From: Mobula hypostoma
Taxonomy: Eukaryota
NCBI RefSeq assembly: GCF_963921235.1
Contig: NC_086100.1
Span: forward strand, 203,114,001-203,178,000
Reading direction: 5' to 3'
Length of the DNA: 64,000 nt
Shown here: positions 61,703 to 64,000 of the stretch, one piece after another
How the letters are laid out: the number at the start of each line of letters is the position of its first letter
Position numbering within the stretch: the stretch's first letter is position 1
Program-made: the position numbers and the translations under genes
The notes under the pieces: generated by a model
Told to the model about the DNA's origin: nothing
The model's database searches: none
What the model saw: only the letters and a program-made list of their open reading frames with translations

Positions 61703-64000
61703 ACACATATCAAAGTTGCTGGTGAACGCAGCAGGCCAGGCAGCATCTATAGGAAGAGGCGCAGTCGACGTTTCAGGCCGAGACCCTTCGTCAGGACTAA
61801 CTGAAGGAAGAGTGAGTAAGGGATTTGAAAGTTGGAGGGGGAGATCCAAAATGATAGGAGAAGACAGGAGGGGGAGGGATAGAGCCAAGAGCTGGACAGG
61901 TGATAGGCAAAAGGGGATATGAGAGGATCGTGGGACAGGAGGTCCGGGAAGAAAGACGGGGCGGGCGGGGGGGGGGGACCCAGAGGATGAGCAAGAGGTA
62001 CATTCGGAGGGTCAGAGGGAGAAAAAGTGAGAGAAAGAATGTGTGCATAAAAATAAGTAACAGATGGGGTACGAGGGGGAGGTGGGGCCTTAGCAGAAGT
62101 TAGAGAAGTCGATGTTCATGCCATCAGGTTGGAGGCTACCTAGATGGAATATAAGGTGTTGTTCCTCCAACCTGAGTGTGGCTTCATCTTTACAGTAGAG
62201 GAGGCCGTGGATAGACATGTCAGAATGGGAATGGGATGTGGAATTAAAATGTGTGGTCACTGGGAGATCCTGCTTTCTCTGGCGGACAGAGCGTAGATGT
62301 TCAGCAAAGCGGTCTCCCAGTCTGCGTCGGGTCTCGCCAATATATATAAAAGGCTACCTTATAGTTTCCACACCCCGCACTTCCCGTTTCTACCTCTAAC
62401 CAAGATCCACAAACCTGCCTGTCCTGGCCGACCTACTGTCTCAGCTTGCTCCTGCCCCACCGAACTCGTTTCTGCATACCTCGACACGGTTTTATCACCC
62501 CTTGTTCAATCCCTTCCGACCTATGTTCGTGACACTTCTCACGCTCTTAAACTTTTCGATGATTTTTTAAGTTCCCTGGCCCCCACCGCTTTATTTTCAC
62601 CATGGATGTCCAGTCCTTGTATACTTCCATCCCCCATCAGGAAGGTCTCAAAGCTCTACGCTTCTTTTTGGATTCCAGACCTAATCAATTCCCCTCTACC
62701 ACCACTCTGCTCCGTCTAGCGGAATTAGTCCTTACTCTTAATAATTTCTCCTTTGGCTCCTCCCACTTCCTCCAAACTAAAGGTGTAGCTATGGGCACCC
62801 GTATGGGTCCTAGCTATGCCTGCCTTTTTGTTGGGTTTGTGGAACAATCTATGTTCCGTGCCTATTCTGGTATCTGTCCCCCACTTTTCCTTCGCTACAT
62901 CGACGATTGCATTGGCGCTGCTTCCTGCACGCATGCTGAGCTCGTTGACTTAACTTTGCCTCCAACTTTCACCCTGCCCTCAAGTTTACCTGGTCCATTT
63001 CCGACACCTCCCTCCCCTTTCTAGATCTTTCTGTCTCTGTCTCTGGAGACAGCTTATCCACTGATGTCTACTATAAGCCTACTGACTCTCACAGCTATCT
63101 GGACTATTCCTCTTCTCACCCTGTCTCTTGCAAAAACGCCATCCCCTTCTCGCAATTCCTCCGTCTCCGCCGCATCTGCTCTCAGGATGAGGCTTTTCAT
63201 TCTAGGACGAGAGAGATGTCTTCCTTTTTTAAAGAAAGGGGCTTCTCTTCCTCCACTATCAACTCTGCTCTTAAACGCATCTCCCCCATTTCACGTACAT
63301 CTGCTCTTACTCCATCCTCCCACCACCCCACGAGGAATAGGGTTCCCCTGGTCCTCACCTACCACCCCACCAGCCTCCGAGTCCAACATATTATTCTCCG
63401 TAACTTCCGCCAACTCCAACGGGATCCCACCACTAAGCACATCTTTCCCTCTCCCCCCCCCCCCCCACTCTCTCTGCATTCTGCAGGGATCGCTCCCTAC
63501 GCAACTCCCTTGTCCATTCGTCCCCCCCCCCCATCCCTCCCCACTAATCTCCCTCCTGGCACTTATCCGTGTAAGCGGAACAAGTGCTACACATGCCCCA
63601 TTCAGGGCCCCAAACAGTCCTTCCAGGTGAGGCATCACTTCACCTGTGAGTCGACTGGGGTGATATACTGCGTCCGGTGCTCCCGATGTGGCGTTTATAT
63701 ATTGGTGAGACGCGACGCAGACTGGGAGACCGCTTTGCTGAACATCTACGCTCTGTCCGCCAGAGAAAGCAGGATCTCCCAGTGGCCACACATTTTAATT
63801 CCACATCCCATTCCCATTCTGACATGTCTATCCACGGCCTCCTCTACTGTAAAGATGAAGCCACACTCAGGTTGGAGAAACAACACCTTATATTCCGTCT
63901 GTGTAGCCTTCAACCTGATGGCATGAACATCGACTTCTCTAACTTCCGCTAAGGCCCCACCTCCCCCTCGTACCCCATCTGTTACTTATTTTTATGCACA
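61703..64000 (+). mobile_element. Penelope-like retroelement: inverted 3' segment (61703-62346) plus RT-GIY-YIG body (62352 to window end)
   Basis: PGRPTVSACSCPTE, MDVQSLYTSIPH, KGVAMGTRMGPSYACLF, LRYIDDC; GIY-YIG GVIYCVRCSRC..YIGETRRRLGDRFAEH; several frameshifts. 62035-62345 is the reverse complement of 63695-64000. Confidence 0.94.
61763..61798 (-). ncRNA. Minimal hammerhead ribozyme in the PLE terminal repeat
   Basis: AGUC-CUGACGA-A-GGGUC-UC-GGCCU-GAA-ACGU-C-GACU; one stem II change gives a G-U pair. Confidence 0.78.

Overview
This is eukaryotic, repeat-dominated vertebrate DNA. The repeat families and GPCR type suggest a cartilaginous fish, probably a ray (inference). Most of the window is nested, decayed transposons: many CR1 LINEs, a Tc1 element, a Gypsy element with PNMA-like gag, three solo LTRs, a hAT derivative, Rex/L2 fragments, and Penelope-like elements (PLEs) carrying minimal hammerhead ribozymes. 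The middle (~25.6-36.3 kb) is a displaced, dead rDNA unit: ITS1 remnant, 5.8S, ITS2, 28S, 3'ETS and putative IGS. Its 28S carries a 290-bp insertion at the canonical R2 retrotransposon target site, a ~49-bp second insertion, and several deletions, one removing part of the peptidyl-transferase centre. Two disabled paralogues of a GPR139/GPR142-like rhodopsin-class GPCR lie on the minus strand. No intact host protein-coding gene is supported. The best leads are (1) the putative R2 relic and (2) short hammerhead-bearing PLE derivatives with 13-14 bp target-site duplications (TSDs). Family assignments come from motif recognition, not database searches, and boundaries of old repeats are approximate.
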